Below, piece after piece: positions 12,141 through 24,596 of a stretch of 64,000 nt of DNA. Location: NCBI RefSeq assembly GCF_964204645.1, contig NC_134028.1, positions 5,332,001 to 5,396,000 on the forward strand, read 5' to 3'. The position numbers and the translations under genes were made by a program. The notes beneath the pieces are model-generated. The model made no database searches. It was given only the letters and a program-made list of their open reading frames with translations, and was not told the DNA's origin. This DNA is from Tubulanus polymorphus. Its lineage: Eukaryota > Animalia > Nemertea. Within the stretch, counting starts at the first letter, position 1; the number at the start of each line of letters is the position of its first letter.

Positions 12141-12984
12141 ACAAATATGATGTTTTAACGGTTTGATTCATCGGTTCTGAATCATGTTGCGCGTTGTTTT
12201 ATCGCATCTTTTATTCAGCTTTGCCCGCGATACATTGCACACGAGATTAGACAACAATTCATCGAAATGAATCATCACCTTTCAATCTTCGTTTGTCACA
12301 CGCGGTTTAATCAATATGTACATAATTCTACCTTTAATAAACATGTTTCAACGACTGAGCGCGACTCGCCCTCGAGATCGGGAATCAACTGGGAATTCCC
12401 GGTCGACTACGACGCCGACGAGTCACAGCTGTTTTACTCGCAGCGAACGTAACCGCTTCGATTCCCGCGTGGATTCCGTTGTCGCGCAGGAATTTAACAG
12501 GTTGTTTTTACGCCGGGCTAATCACGATACGTCGCGACGGGGAAAACGATCGGTGTTTAACTCATTACCGAGAGACGCCGGTGACAGATCACTTGTAGGT
12601 CGGCGTACAACTCCCCGAGGAGTCGTACGAGTCCCGGTTCGGATCAACACGCGCGCACACGCCGCCGATATTTCTTCCTCTCTCTCTCTCCTCGCGCGAC
12701 GTCTTCGTAGCGTGACAATTTCTAAACCGACGGAAACACAAACCAGAAATGATCAACCGCTTTGGGAAATACCCGACCGCGACTTTACTATGCACACGGG
12801 AATCGCTGTTTTTGCAACCTGTTCGGTGACAAAGTTTTCCGTGACATCCTCGATAACGAAAACTCAATTTCGATTTAGATTCCCCTTGTTGTTCTTTTAC
12901 GAGCTTATTTAATTTTCTGACGCATAGTTTAATGGGCTAATGTACTGTGAGTTTACATGCTTTCTCACGTCTGTTTTTGGTCAG

Positions 12985-13029
12985 TCCACCTAATAATGGC
13001 TGTTTGTCAACAGCTGAAACGTTGTGATT
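12985..13029 (+). ncRNA. Degenerate minimal hammerhead ribozyme-like motif, third family
   Basis: CAC-CTAATAA-TGGCTGTT-TGTC-AACAGCT-GAAA-CG-TT-GTG. Helices I and II and the ACGT palindrome are intact; the CTGATGA box has two G>A changes. Confidence 0.5.
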
Positions 13030-13257
13030 TTATTTCAATAACTTTTATCACATAAGATTCTATTGTATGACTTTTCATCTATCCATTTTGATTTCTTCGA
13101 GGAGAGCATTTGTTTAGAGAGCATTTCTCTAACGATTTATTGAATGAGAAATCATTTTAAACCTGAAATTATGAATTTTCCTTGAGTGTGGAACAGGTTT
13201 TATATCATGGACCAATGAGGTTTAAGTTTGAGTCCTTTGAGTTTGACTTAATATTTA

Positions 13258-13388
13258 AGCTGCTATCACAATAGCTTTTCTATTGAGTGAGTGGTTCAGG
13301 TTCAGGCTCTCTAATCTAGGCACGGGCCTAATTGGTCTGTTGCGCGCAGATTTGACCCGGGCCAAATCATTTTTGTGTGATCACAGCT
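13258..13388. mobile_element. AGCCGCGATCAC-family MITE, internally deleted
   Basis: Ends AGCTGCTATCACA / TGTGATCACAGCT with TTA on both sides; shares gagtgagtggtt and ggcacgggcc with 55101-55392. Confidence 0.75.
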
Positions 13389-14060
13389 TTAATCAAAGTT
13401 GTATCCATATTGCTCCAGATTGTGACTGGTAAAAAGTTCTGCATCATCTCTGCATCATCTCTGCATCATACCTTGAATAGGGCTTTCAAATGACCTTTCC
13501 TATTTTTCCCTGCGGTACAGAAAATCTCATGTCAACAACAGTTACACATCACAGTATTGACAATCGTATGTTGTCCAACTATCAACAATGCTTCCGTACT
13601 ACGCAGAAACACTGATGATACCAATTACGCATTTAATAGGCTTCATTTCGCTGCCGGTAGTCGGTCTCAGCCTGGAGAGAAGTATACGCATAGATTACCT
13701 CTATTACACCCAAATCAAACCACATATCTCTGTTTCTATTTCTGGTAGTCATTAAAATCGTTCTCTTCGGTAATGATTCTATAAGACCGATTCCTCGATT
13801 CAATCTGTTGACAAGGTTCAACAAGCTTTCGAGAAACTATGCTCCAGTTTTTCTTGTAGAATATGCGCGAGTTTTGAAAAAACTGGTTCTGAAAATGTAG
13901 TTTTACTGCCCAGAACCTTATTAAAGAAAAAACCATAAGAAATAAAGTACTCCGCATTTTCTAGCTATGGATTTTGGGGTCTCAGAGGCCCAGAATTGTG
14001 TATATCGAGTAAATCTTTTTTCGAAATCACTTTAATAATCGATGCTTTTTTTCATTTCAG

Positions 14061-14244
14061 GATGCTCCACCTCCGGGTTCATACGAAGTCGGCAAATCAT
14101 TCGACTCGACTCAGAAACAACTTCAGCCAGCGAAACCGCGTTCGGATGAAGGGGCCCGCAAGCAAGGCGCTTTCTTATCATCCGCTTCCAGATTTGTTCC
14201 ACCTCACGATATCATACTTGAAGAAGCCGATCCTATGATACCAG
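14061..14244 (+). CDS. STPG2: STPG2-like internal coding exon
   Basis: Acceptor ttttttcatttcag| and donor CCAG|gtaacg. Translates DAPPPGSYEVGKSFDSTQKQLQPAKPRSDEGARKQGAFLSSASRFVPPHDIILEEADPMIP(G). Phase 0 in, phase 1 out; this frame is missed by the ORF track. Confidence 0.88.
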
Positions 14245-16331
14245 GTAACGCATCTAGATTTTTAGTCCTAAGGCTAATGTAGGACCTTAGTCATATTCCA
14301 TCAGGTACTGCATTGTCCTTTGATTTGAATCATTTACAGCTACTTACTTCATTAATAGTAGTGAAACCTCTTAATGAAACTTGTCTAGATGTGCTGTGCA
14401 AATAATGGGTCCAGTGCACCACCTAGCAGCAGAACTAGGCACTGAAAACTCAGTGAGGAAACTTTTTCAGCGACATGACATGACCTTATAACTGAGGAAC
14501 TGGGTTGAAATTCAAAAAATTCTCTTGACAAAATTTAGCTATTGGCCCTAGATACAACATAATCAAAATGCAATGGGCGCTAACGCGTGGTTATTTCAGA
14601 TTTCGAGCCTGAGCCCGAGAACCGTTATCGCCTATGGCTTGTTGTTTGATACATTTGGGCATGGTCCTAAGAATTGACTTAGCACAACTTACAGACCGAA
14701 TATTTTCTGTGCATTTCATATGATTAAAAAAACTTGCCGGCTCAAGTCATGAATCTGTGGTTAATTCGGGACCATTATCCTGCGTGCGTCGTTCCTTCCC
14801 CCGGTAGTTTGATAAGTATTTGGTGAAATAGGATGTTGTCGATACGTGTTCAATTGGATAATGATGGTGAATTGTTCGTAGAGGACTCTCTTCACATTCA
14901 CAGAGACGAGCTATCGAGAGAGAGATCGAGAGAGAGAGAGCACATAATGAGGCTTACTTCACTTCAATCTCACGAGACCGGGATAAATATATAATCATAT
15001 CGGTGTAGATCGAGCGTAAGAGGGCTGATTTTCTTGTTCGTTGATTTCACGCTGGTATCGTCGAATACGCAGTCCCAAAATCGAGTCAGTCAGTCCTCGA
15101 TTCGTAACTGTGTTTACGGTGATTATGACCGATTCAACAAGTCATTTTCCGAAATTAGTTTAGAGTCGTGCTTTGGTCTCGTACGCGTATGAAGAACCTC
15201 TCGGGACTGAACGCTCATGACGAAATAGCCTGTTGATTCCGTACGCGAGTATTCTCTCGTGAATACTTCAACAACGACAAATCATAATTACTTCAGCTGA
15301 AATTTTAAAATGTCGAATTTAGCTGATTTTCTTTGCGTTTAATGTTTTTTTTATATAGAAAATTTAAAAAAAATGATATTACGATATTAACCAAAATATT
15401 CTGTACTGAATCAACCTAAGTTTCTATTTCAATCTGTTGTTTAGGAAGAATGTCTTATCTCTAACAATGGAATGGTCAAACTTGGGTCACGTCGTGGTCT
15501 GAAAAAGTCACAAATTAACGGGATTCGTTTTAGACAATAGGTTACCGTGAACTCAATAAACAATGGCCTTATCCTGTATCTAGGGGCAAATTAACTTGTT
15601 TATCAAATTCCTGTATAATTTAAGAAACCGCCGAGTGTCAACTTTGATAAATTATGAATTATGATTAATCGAATTTTTTTGAAGAGAGCAAGTGTGAATA
15701 TGTACTTAGGCTTATGGCGTAGCCTTGGAGTACTCCAAAATGTGGCAGACCCGACTAATATTAGCCTTCAATTGCTATCAAATGACTACTATTAGTCTAT
15801 CATTTTTATGTCTAATTATTGTCATTGGAGTGAAAAGTAATTAAAACCGTACTGACTGATATAGGATTGTACACACTAGTACTATATATATGGGAAGCAA
15901 AGATGTGTATATTCTCTTCTCTTCACTATGTAATTCAATGCTTTCGATCATAAATCAATAATCAATACGTATTAGCCGGCTTTATTTACAATAAGGTAAT
16001 TAGAATCAACGTTAGGATTGTCACCGTAGACTTCAGTCAACAACATCAAACAACGTTTCCAGACGTGAATGTAACAAATTGTTTACATGTGTAATGTATA
16101 GGCAGTCTATTGAGTCGTGTGTCCTTGCAGCGTTTCTTGATATTCCTCCAGTTCAGTGGGTGCCGTACCATAATCGGTTGGGACTGATGAAACTCCTAGC
16201 CCGTTCATATTTAGGAAGCTGCTAACTATTTCATCATAGATCATTCATAGATTCATAGATCATAGAATATTATTCTTAACCTGTTTCAAATTGCTCCCAA
16301 TTGATGAAACACTATATCCATGTTGAAGCTT

Positions 16332-16480
16332 AGTAGAGAGAATCCCACAATAGTAAGGAAAAAACACAGTCCGAAAATGTAACTGAAGCTAGTAGTTTAT
16401 TCAACGTTTCGACTATATCCTAATAGTCATCTTCTTTATACCTGAATTTATCTCTTATCTCTTGTGGGATTCTCTCTACT
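16332..16480 (-). mobile_element. Short Penelope-like fragment with perfect 19-bp inverted ends, carrying the 3' half of a minimal hammerhead
   Basis: AGTAGAGAGAATCCCACAA (16332-16350) is the reverse complement of 16462-16480. The internal minus strand reads GAAGA-TGACTATTAGGATATAGTC-GAAACGTT-GAATAAAC. Confidence 0.7.
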
Positions 16481-17779
16481 TTCAAATTGCACATGATTTC
16501 TAACTTAAAAACCAGTTTGATAGAAATGGTCTCACAAGAAGTTGTTAGATTGTCTACAGAACCAAAATTGGGCAAGATGCTGCCCCCCTGGGTTACTACA
16601 GTTCATTGCTCGGTTAACCAGCCAGTATAATCAACCCTAACAAGTTTATCTGCGGCCTTTCATTTTTCCAGAGCCCCTGCTGTGAAATGATTCCAGAAAA
16701 ATATCCGTTTCTATGATGAAAAAGCACTGTTATCATCGTATATCGTTTTAATATGAAAGATTAATGATGACATCACGCGTATCTCGGCGTTGATGCTGTT
16801 TGACTAGTTATTTGAACTCGTTGAAAAGTTTAATAACTTGTTGATAAACTACGTCGCGACCGTCTACTTAAATCCGCGAGCGATCCAAAAAAGTTTCCCG
16901 AGCGACTCCGTCGCGCGCGGGAGTGGGGGTTATCGATGGCAATTACTGGTCGCTTTAAACCGGTGCGTTGAAATGCTGCATCTGTCGCATCTGCGTGCAG
17001 CTTTATCGGTGCGATCTTTATTCCCGTATAATGAGAAATGAAAACTGTCGAATAATTGACTGGATTCGCATTCGATAAAAAATCATCGAAGTTTATACGC
17101 GATATTCTATTCGAACGTATTGATGAGGTTTTGATAGAAACTGCTTAATCGTTATTTGGATCTGAAGTTTACGATTTCTTAGCAAAATATATGATGCAAT
17201 ATGCAATAAGGATGATAAACTGAAGCCCCCATACAACCCACCCTCCCCGCAGGTTACGAGTCACTTGTACTTTTACATAAAAGAATGATTTCAGCCTTAT
17301 CCTTTAGTAAAGTTTGGAACTTTGTAGAGACGTTCAGAATCATTTTCTTTCTCCGAATGAGTCACAGACTCGCACATTACCACCTGCCTAACTTTTTAAA
17401 AACCTTTCTTTAAAACTTGAAATGAGCCTCCCCAGTTGTTGTATTCCCATTTTTCCATGCGAGCGTAAGTCCCACTCATCTGGGACTGAACCGATGTTTA
17501 GCTGGATAATGAACTGTGCGCAAAGTTTTGCGCCAGAATTTAGTGAAGATTTTATTGTAAGGAAGTTTTGACAGATCTAAGAGCTGGCCATTCATTCATT
17601 CTTTAGGTAATTAAGATGGATTTTGTGTAATCTGTGTACTCAGTCTCTCTTATTGCAAACATCCACTACTGAGTCTTTGTATTTCAGTTTTCCCTGAGTC
17701 ATCGGTAAGACTTCCCAGGGAAAAAAAGATTCTTTGCCTGAACTGAAACTAAATTTTCGTTTGGTCGTATGTTTTTCAG

Positions 17780-17892
17780 GTCCCGGCGCGTATGAAATTA
17801 AAAAAGATAAATCAAAAGGTGGACTCATGGTTACGAAGGATAAGAGATTCAGAAATAAGAAAAGTGATATTCCTGGTCCGGGCAGTTATGAG
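17780..17892 (+). CDS. STPG2: STPG2-like internal coding exon
   Basis: Acceptor gtttttcag|G and donor GAG|gtaagc. Translates (G)PGAYEIKKDKSKGGLMVTKDKRFRNKKSDIPGPGSYE. Splicing rebuilds PGPGAY across the junction; phase 1 in, phase 0 out. Confidence 0.9.
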
Positions 17893-20800
17893 GTAAGCAT
17901 AACCCATCAGAGTTCTTCCCTGATCTATTAAGCGATGATACCGGGTGTCATTGAAAGCGTTATACTTGAGATCGGTCAGGGAGTTATGAATCTTACCCAA
18001 TAATGATGAGGATCTATGAATTCTTATTTTTGAAGGTGCTGCATGTCTAAGATAATATGAATAAGAATTCCTCTGCTTCATCCTAAATTTTTCATTCCTT
18101 AGCCCAGGTCTTTCAAGAATCTTAGAAAATCACCTTTGGAATAGGTGCTTGTGAAAGTTTTTGAAAATGATTTGAAAAAGTGTTTGGAAGTATTCGAATT
18201 TAAGGCGGTCCATCAGGCCCGATACTGGACCTGTCATCACAAGAGAGTTCTAGTCGTTTACTACGCATCGTAAATACGCGACTAGTAAAGTGACTAGATG
18301 CGATCTACGCTCGTCGTAGTTGTTTTATAGTCGCGGGACAATGCAACAGGAGGTAATTCATTCAGCACTCTCGTCGAGTGGAGAAATGTGTAATTTGGAC
18401 CATAAGACAAATTACAACCGAATAGAGTGGTCTTTCCGCGCGAGAGAGAGAGGAGAGAGATACAGATGAGTCAGTTTATGATGTAGATCTTTAAACGTCA
18501 AGCGACAGAAGAGAAAGTGAAGACTGCGCTGTTCGTCTGATTCATACAGTTGTCACATTCAACGAGTTGATGGAAAGCCCCTTTAAGATCATCACGCAGT
18601 GAGCAATAGATCGCTCGCCGCTGATATACTCATAAACGAATATTCGCAATAAAACTTTGCCGTCGTCGACGATCTTGATAAAAAAATCACTTCGGAAGAT
18701 AGTTTTTTTATAGATTCGCTATTTCGTAGCGAGTTTTTTCATCTCTCGACCGGCTGAGCACCATTCGCGACGACGAACTTCAGTTTCCGTAGTTAGTCGA
18801 CTAGCGGACGGAGCTAATAATCGAATGCGGTTCAATCTCACGCGTTTCGCAACATCGGCCATCTTGGAACCAGTTCCGAAATACAGCGATCGCGCTCAGT
18901 TGCGTGGTGCAATATTTCCGGACTATAGTTCCGACTAACTGACGATCAGTTTTTACTTAGTTCGCGAATAGTCAACTGACTCCGATGACCGAAGTTCGCC
19001 CGGGTTGCCAAGCGGCTTTCTGGTTTTTCCTCTATCGATGATGAGAAAGGCTCGAGAAAAACCATCGACCAAGTCGGCCGAATTTTTAAACCGTCTCGAC
19101 TGACATGACGATAAACCACTCGATCACTGCTATTCTTATCCGACGCGCAGCGACCTGCTCCCGCGTCAATTCGACTTTTGATATGAAAATTCGAAAAAAA
19201 AGAAATTACTTTCAATTAAAGCGACGCGATTTTGACGAGTGCATCCCTAGACGAATTTAATCAGTAGCGGAAATATTTCTATAGTTTACGTCGGGAAGAA
19301 ACAACGACCCGTACATGTCACCATAGCGCGGTGCCTCCTCCCAACGAACGAACGCAGTCAATCAATTTTCCGTAATTATAGAAATAAATGAGATTCGATA
19401 CGACGCGTTGTTGTTCGTTAACGGCTCCCGAGTTCGATAACTGCTTCAACAACCGCTAAATAAAGCAGCAACTAGTGGCACGACTGACGACGACGTGCGA
19501 TTTCTAATAATAATGATATAAGAGAACGTGTTGATTTAATGCCGAAATTATGTTGATTTAGTGTCAATTTTGCTCATTTCTCTGTATTTTTCTGTAATTA
19601 TTAAGTGATCGAATGCGTGGAATGTCATCAACGACAGATATATTCTCTATTATCTATGTTTTTCCGCGAGTGTCGTCGAGATATTTAGTCAACTACTTTC
19701 ACTCTCTCTCTCTTCTCTTTCTGTCTTTCTCGCGCTCTCTTTCTCTCACTCTGAAATCTGAGTCATAGTTTTTGACATTGTTATCGATTAGTCTCTAAAT
19801 TCTGTCAAGAGTTTGCGAAATTCCGTCGAAAGCGATATGAATTTCAATGTGTTTTCGAAAATAGCGAAAACATCGCTCTCAGCGGACGAGTGAATTCCGA
19901 TCTGGTAAACGGTTGTCAAAGTCGGTGCAGGTGACCTCGAACTTTTCACGCTAATTTTCTATTCGTCTGAAACGTTTCCTTTCTGGAAAAATTGTTGCGC
20001 AACGATGAGTGAGAATTCGACTTTTAATCGTATTTCAACCAATCGAGTCAAATCTTACTGTTATTTGAAAGTGAAATTGGGCGTCAAATCATATGCCAAC
20101 AACTCCTAAAGCTAGGGCCAGAGTCAAACTGGCAACTGGGTCCGGAGACAATTCTAATGGCCATCTTGATTGCTCCGTTCCAGAAGATGGAAGATTTCGC
20201 TGCCGTAAAGACGCAAGAATTGGCAAAACTTTCAAAGGCAGCAATCAAAAGTGAAAGCAATGTTTGACGTTTTTGGTGTGGCTAAAATTGACCCTGGCCC
20301 ATTTCATGTGAAAATTTGTTGCCGGCTAAAAATGCTCGTGCGATCGCGGCTTACATCTGACTCCGGAGTCAAATCATGGACTCCGAGTGCGTGTACAGTC
20401 AATTCTATCCGTAGAACTCTACGATCTGATATATCGCCCTCTAAATAACGTCTTGATATCCGTACAGGCCGAGTATCATAGAATCGTGTAATCACATTTC
20501 CTATTTCATCTCGTTCTCGATCGGATGATAGATCAGTGACATGTCCAGTATTTCTGTGTTCGAGATGAAACGCTGATCAGTTTGTTTGTATACACTGTTT
20601 ATCCAATCAGTATCCGGCGCGTATGACCAAATACGCTCGTTTCTGGTTTCCGCTACCGACTTCCCGGAGCCCGACGACGCACTTTCATCGATATCGGTAT
20701 ATGTTTTATTGAATCAATGATTAATATCATCTGCTCGTACTTAATGCCTTATATGGAATTATCTACCCGTGATTCTGTCGAGAGGATATTTATTTACCTC

Positions 20801-21631
20801 TAATGCGGCGGATGTCCATTTTCGATTCGAAACATAACGGCGAAAGAATTTTTTCGAGTTTTTCCGGCCGTGCACTAGGTTCAGCGAGGAAAGAAAACGT
20901 GGAAAGGCTTTTTCCATTTTTTCAAAATCAATCCCCAAACCATATTTTCAGGATATTTCACAGAAAAATGGAAATATAAGATCAGGGAAAAAATCTAAAA
21001 AAAAAAAAAAAACAGAAATCAGAGCATTTCCATGTGGGTCTTACAAAGCCTTAAAGGCTGCTAATGCAGGTATCTAATGAAAGAGAAATGAGAACTTTGT
21101 AATCTTCTGTCGGGTGATCACGTTCGGATGAGGATTTCGTTTGACCAATGACTTGATTGTTTAAGTAGTCGCGTTATACGATCAGGAAACTGATGTATCG
21201 AGCCAACAGTAGTAGATTGCTAAGTAAACGACTCTCGCAGTCGGTCGACTCCCGCGTTAGTCGATCAAACCGGTTATTTACCCCCATTCCACAATTCTCC
21301 CAATCATCTAATTCGGGATTGGGTATTGAAATTGTAGCCTGATTCAGTTACGCAGTCAATAGGGATTTAAACGATGTTCTTACCGAGTTCGTCGTTTCTC
21401 TCTGGCTCGAGACCGGACTTCTAATTAGCTGTACGGGTCGGTTATTAGAGTTTATTGTGCGACGTCAACCGGTCAGACTGGACATAATCGAATTGTGAGA
21501 CTTGCCGCTAATGACATGTTTTAAGCCGTAATGACCCATATGGTTGTTCTCTTCGGACCATTTCAGCCTGATTTACTGTTTAATTCTTGACGACCTAAAT
21601 GAAAACACTGTCATTAATCTAATATCTAGAA

Positions 21632-21805
21632 AGCCGCGATCACGCAGAGATGGTTTGGCCGGGGTCAGATTGGTCCAGATCAGACCGAGTCGGATTTAGC
21701 CCATGCCTAATTAGGGAGCGTGTTCACACGTAAACCATTAATCATCCACATTCACATGTAAACTATATTTTGGCCCGGGCCTAAAACATGGGTATGATCA
21801 TGGCT
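21632..21805. mobile_element. AGCCGCGATCAC-family MITE
   Basis: AGCCGCGATCACGCAGAGA ... TGATCATGGCT; similar to 22309-22559. Confidence 0.7.
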
Positions 21806-22308
21806 TACATGGACTTCTCTCAGACTTTTCCGTACAATCCAGCTTTACAGAGCCATGTGGTATGATAAGAGTGAAAGGTACTCAGGCAGTGAAAGGAGAG
21901 GATTTGAGCCTTCAAAAGGTAGTAAAGGTGCTTGCCGAGACTGGTAATAATCTTTAGTTTTCTCGGGTCCCAGCGTTCTACAGTTGAATTCTACAGATCA
22001 ATTGATAGATGTAGAATCTGTATGATCAGTAGATGTAAACAGATTTAGAGGTCTAGTTTCGATGTCCACTGTTGTTTACTGAAGAGACTGATGACATACG
22101 ATTGAGCAACGATCAGTTCGAGTCTAATGTTCACTTTTTGACTCACTCTATCAATACACAGATGTTGTTCAGCTTCAAGACTTACATCCACGTTACTTTC
22201 CTGAGTCAGATTAACATTTTGCTGTCAGTCATTTTCAGGTACAGCAAAGGACGGAGCATGCATATCTTTGTAGTCTGTTATGATATGGGTCTAAGGATAC
22301 TATAGCAA

Positions 22309-22559
22309 AGCCGCGATCACACAGAGACGATTTGATACAGATCAGGCTTGAGCCAAATTTGGCCCCTGTCTAATTAGATAGCGCGTGCCAACTGTAAACC
22401 ACTCACTCAATACTAAACAGTGCTCTAACAAAGCGAAGTGGGTCATTTTCGGAACCAGTTGCAATTCAAACGCAATCATTTGTCCGGTGCTAAAATTTGG
22501 CTCAAGTCTGGTTGGTTGGAAATTTGGCACGGGCCATAAACGCTCGTGTGATTGCGGCT
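22309..22559. mobile_element. AGCCGCGATCAC-family MITE
   Basis: AGCCGCGATCACAC / GTGTGATTGCGGCT; reverse-oriented homologue of 55101-55392. Fragments also at about 20275-20351 and 27081-27195. Confidence 0.85.
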
Positions 22560-23437
22560 TCTGTGTTGTCAGAAATCGTGATGATACTCAATGGAACTGC
22601 AGTTCTCGTCGTCCGGTTCAAAGCTCGTGTAGAACTCGTCATTTTTTCTTCACCAACAAACGTGCGCGAAAGATGATTGAAGATAATCTATTAGCGACGC
22701 TGACAGTTTGACCAGTAGTTGTGTGACAACTATTAATTACTTCTCAATCATAAGTCATGCGCGGCTTTAGGGCTGCGACTTCTCGGATCTGACCGTCGAT
22801 ATCCGGCAGTGGTCAGCGCGCGCTGTACTAGTTGGACATTTTATTGACCTCGACTGTAATTGCTTGACCATGTTGCGCGCCGGTCTGCGTTAATGAGTTA
22901 CATGCGCCGATGACTAATGTTATTATGGATGAAACAAAGCTGACCGCCAACGCTCGGTTAGTTACGGTTTATACTTCTCAATTCATTGAAGATTCATCGA
23001 TTTCTGAAATCGATTGATCTTTACTTCTTACCGAGGAACGGATTGTCCGGATTTCAGTCGAGGATTCTATCGATTCTATTCTGTCTTCGGTTATGAGTCA
23101 AATCAACCCTTTTGTTTATCGCACGGAACGTTCTATTTCTTCCATATATCAGTATTTGGAAAACGTTTCTCAGGGAAAACTTTTCATTCGCTTTTCAGGA
23201 TTGTATTAATTCAAAGCTTCCATCAGTTGTGAGTCAATCCAATCCTTTTGTTTAAAGGCGTATTGACCATTGACAAATCCCTTCAGTGTGATAAATTCTT
23301 ATTCTTTAGTCTTTCTTCCACGAGAACATTGTTTAGATTCATTAAGGACTTTCTACTGGGCGTCTAGGGAAAGATAGATATGAAATCTGATCATAGCAAA
23401 TATCCTTTTTTCCAAAATACTACAATAGAGACTACTA

Positions 23438-23571
23438 GGCCCAGTTGCAGTCATGACTTAAGTCCAAAAGGTTCATAAAATCTTATGACTGGTCTTAAGT
23501 CGTTAGATTGGCTTTAGAACTTAGTCAGTCAAAGACTGGTCCCAAATCTAAGTCTTGACTGCAACTGGCCC
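23438..23571. mobile_element. PIF/Harbinger-type MITE, inverted copy of 222-359
   Basis: GGCCCAGTTGCAGTCATGACTTA ... CTTGACTGCAACTGGCCC. Confidence 0.85.
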
Positions 23572-24283
23572 CTGTATAATGATGACTAAAGGTAGATTCA
23601 GTAGTATGATGCATGTAAATTCAGTAGTATGATTGCTATTTAATCATAGATATAGCTGTACTAAGATCTGGTCTGTCTGATTCTGATGTAAATGGCAATC
23701 GAACTGCTACTGAATGATATTATTCCTGCTGTGATCAATTCCAGTTTAGGTCTGTAACGACCATCAATGCGCGTGTTACGTCACAGTCGTAGTGTCCAGC
23801 TTATCGCTTCAATGACTCAGCAGATTTCAGCATCGCGCGCGCGCGGCCGCTGCAGCAGCAGCGAACTGATGAGAATCGACAACAAGTTTTAATCCGAGTC
23901 CATTATTACGATTCCCCGAACTACGGGTTTGAATGTCTCCAGCGCGAAGTGAATCAACACATTCTCTTTGTAAGCACCGGTCTCCGGGGACTCGGCGGTC
24001 GAGACTCGGCGAACATATGTAATCTGTGACTCCGACCAGTCATGGATCGATGCGGCGTTTGTTTCTCACAAGGATTACAGCTGACTCACTGAGCCGACGA
24101 CCTCTCTACGGACCCTACTCGCTGCATGTCTTATTACTCGAGCTGTTAATTGATAATTGAAGACCTCGGTGAATTTTCAGGAAAGTGACCACACCCTTAA
24201 GTAGAGATAATAGAGATACGTTGCTTGACATCTAACTTTGGATTGTCATAAAACCTGTTGTCGAAACCTCGCACCCACCCCAG

Positions 24284-24391
24284 GACCCAGTTCCACAGTC
24301 GTGAGTTAAGATTTGACTCTGAGTTAACTCATTGAAAATGAACAAATTCTAACTCGGAGTTAACTATAACTCTTGACTGTGGAACTGGATC
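24284..24391. mobile_element. PIF/Harbinger-type fold-back MITE (CAG duplication)
   Basis: GACCCAGTTCCACAGTC ... GACTGTGGAACTGGATC, flanked by CAG/CAG. Confidence 0.85.
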
Positions 24392-24424
24392 CAGTTTTTC
24401 AACAAAGAAAAAGTCTAAATCTTA

Positions 24425-24596
24425 AGCCCAATGCACATGACACAAGGAAACACCGAATCAAACTTTAGACCTCAGAAACATTGTTTCCCAAAAGCATGTT
24501 TCCTGTTTCTCGTAAATGCACACACCACTGGGAAAAACTCAGAAACATGTTTCTGTCTCCTAAATCCCTATTTCCCTGCGTAGTAAACGTTGGGCT
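24425..24596. mobile_element. AGCCCAA-ended MITE with GAAACATGTTTC internal palindromes
   Basis: AGCCCAATG / CGTTGGGCT ends; homologues at about 51161-51314, 60855-61032 and 62763-62924. Confidence 0.8.

Noticed and set aside
12316-12912. Longest ORF (198 aa)
   Set aside because: Arg/Ser-rich translation of a CpG-rich intronic block with no recognisable domain or splice support.
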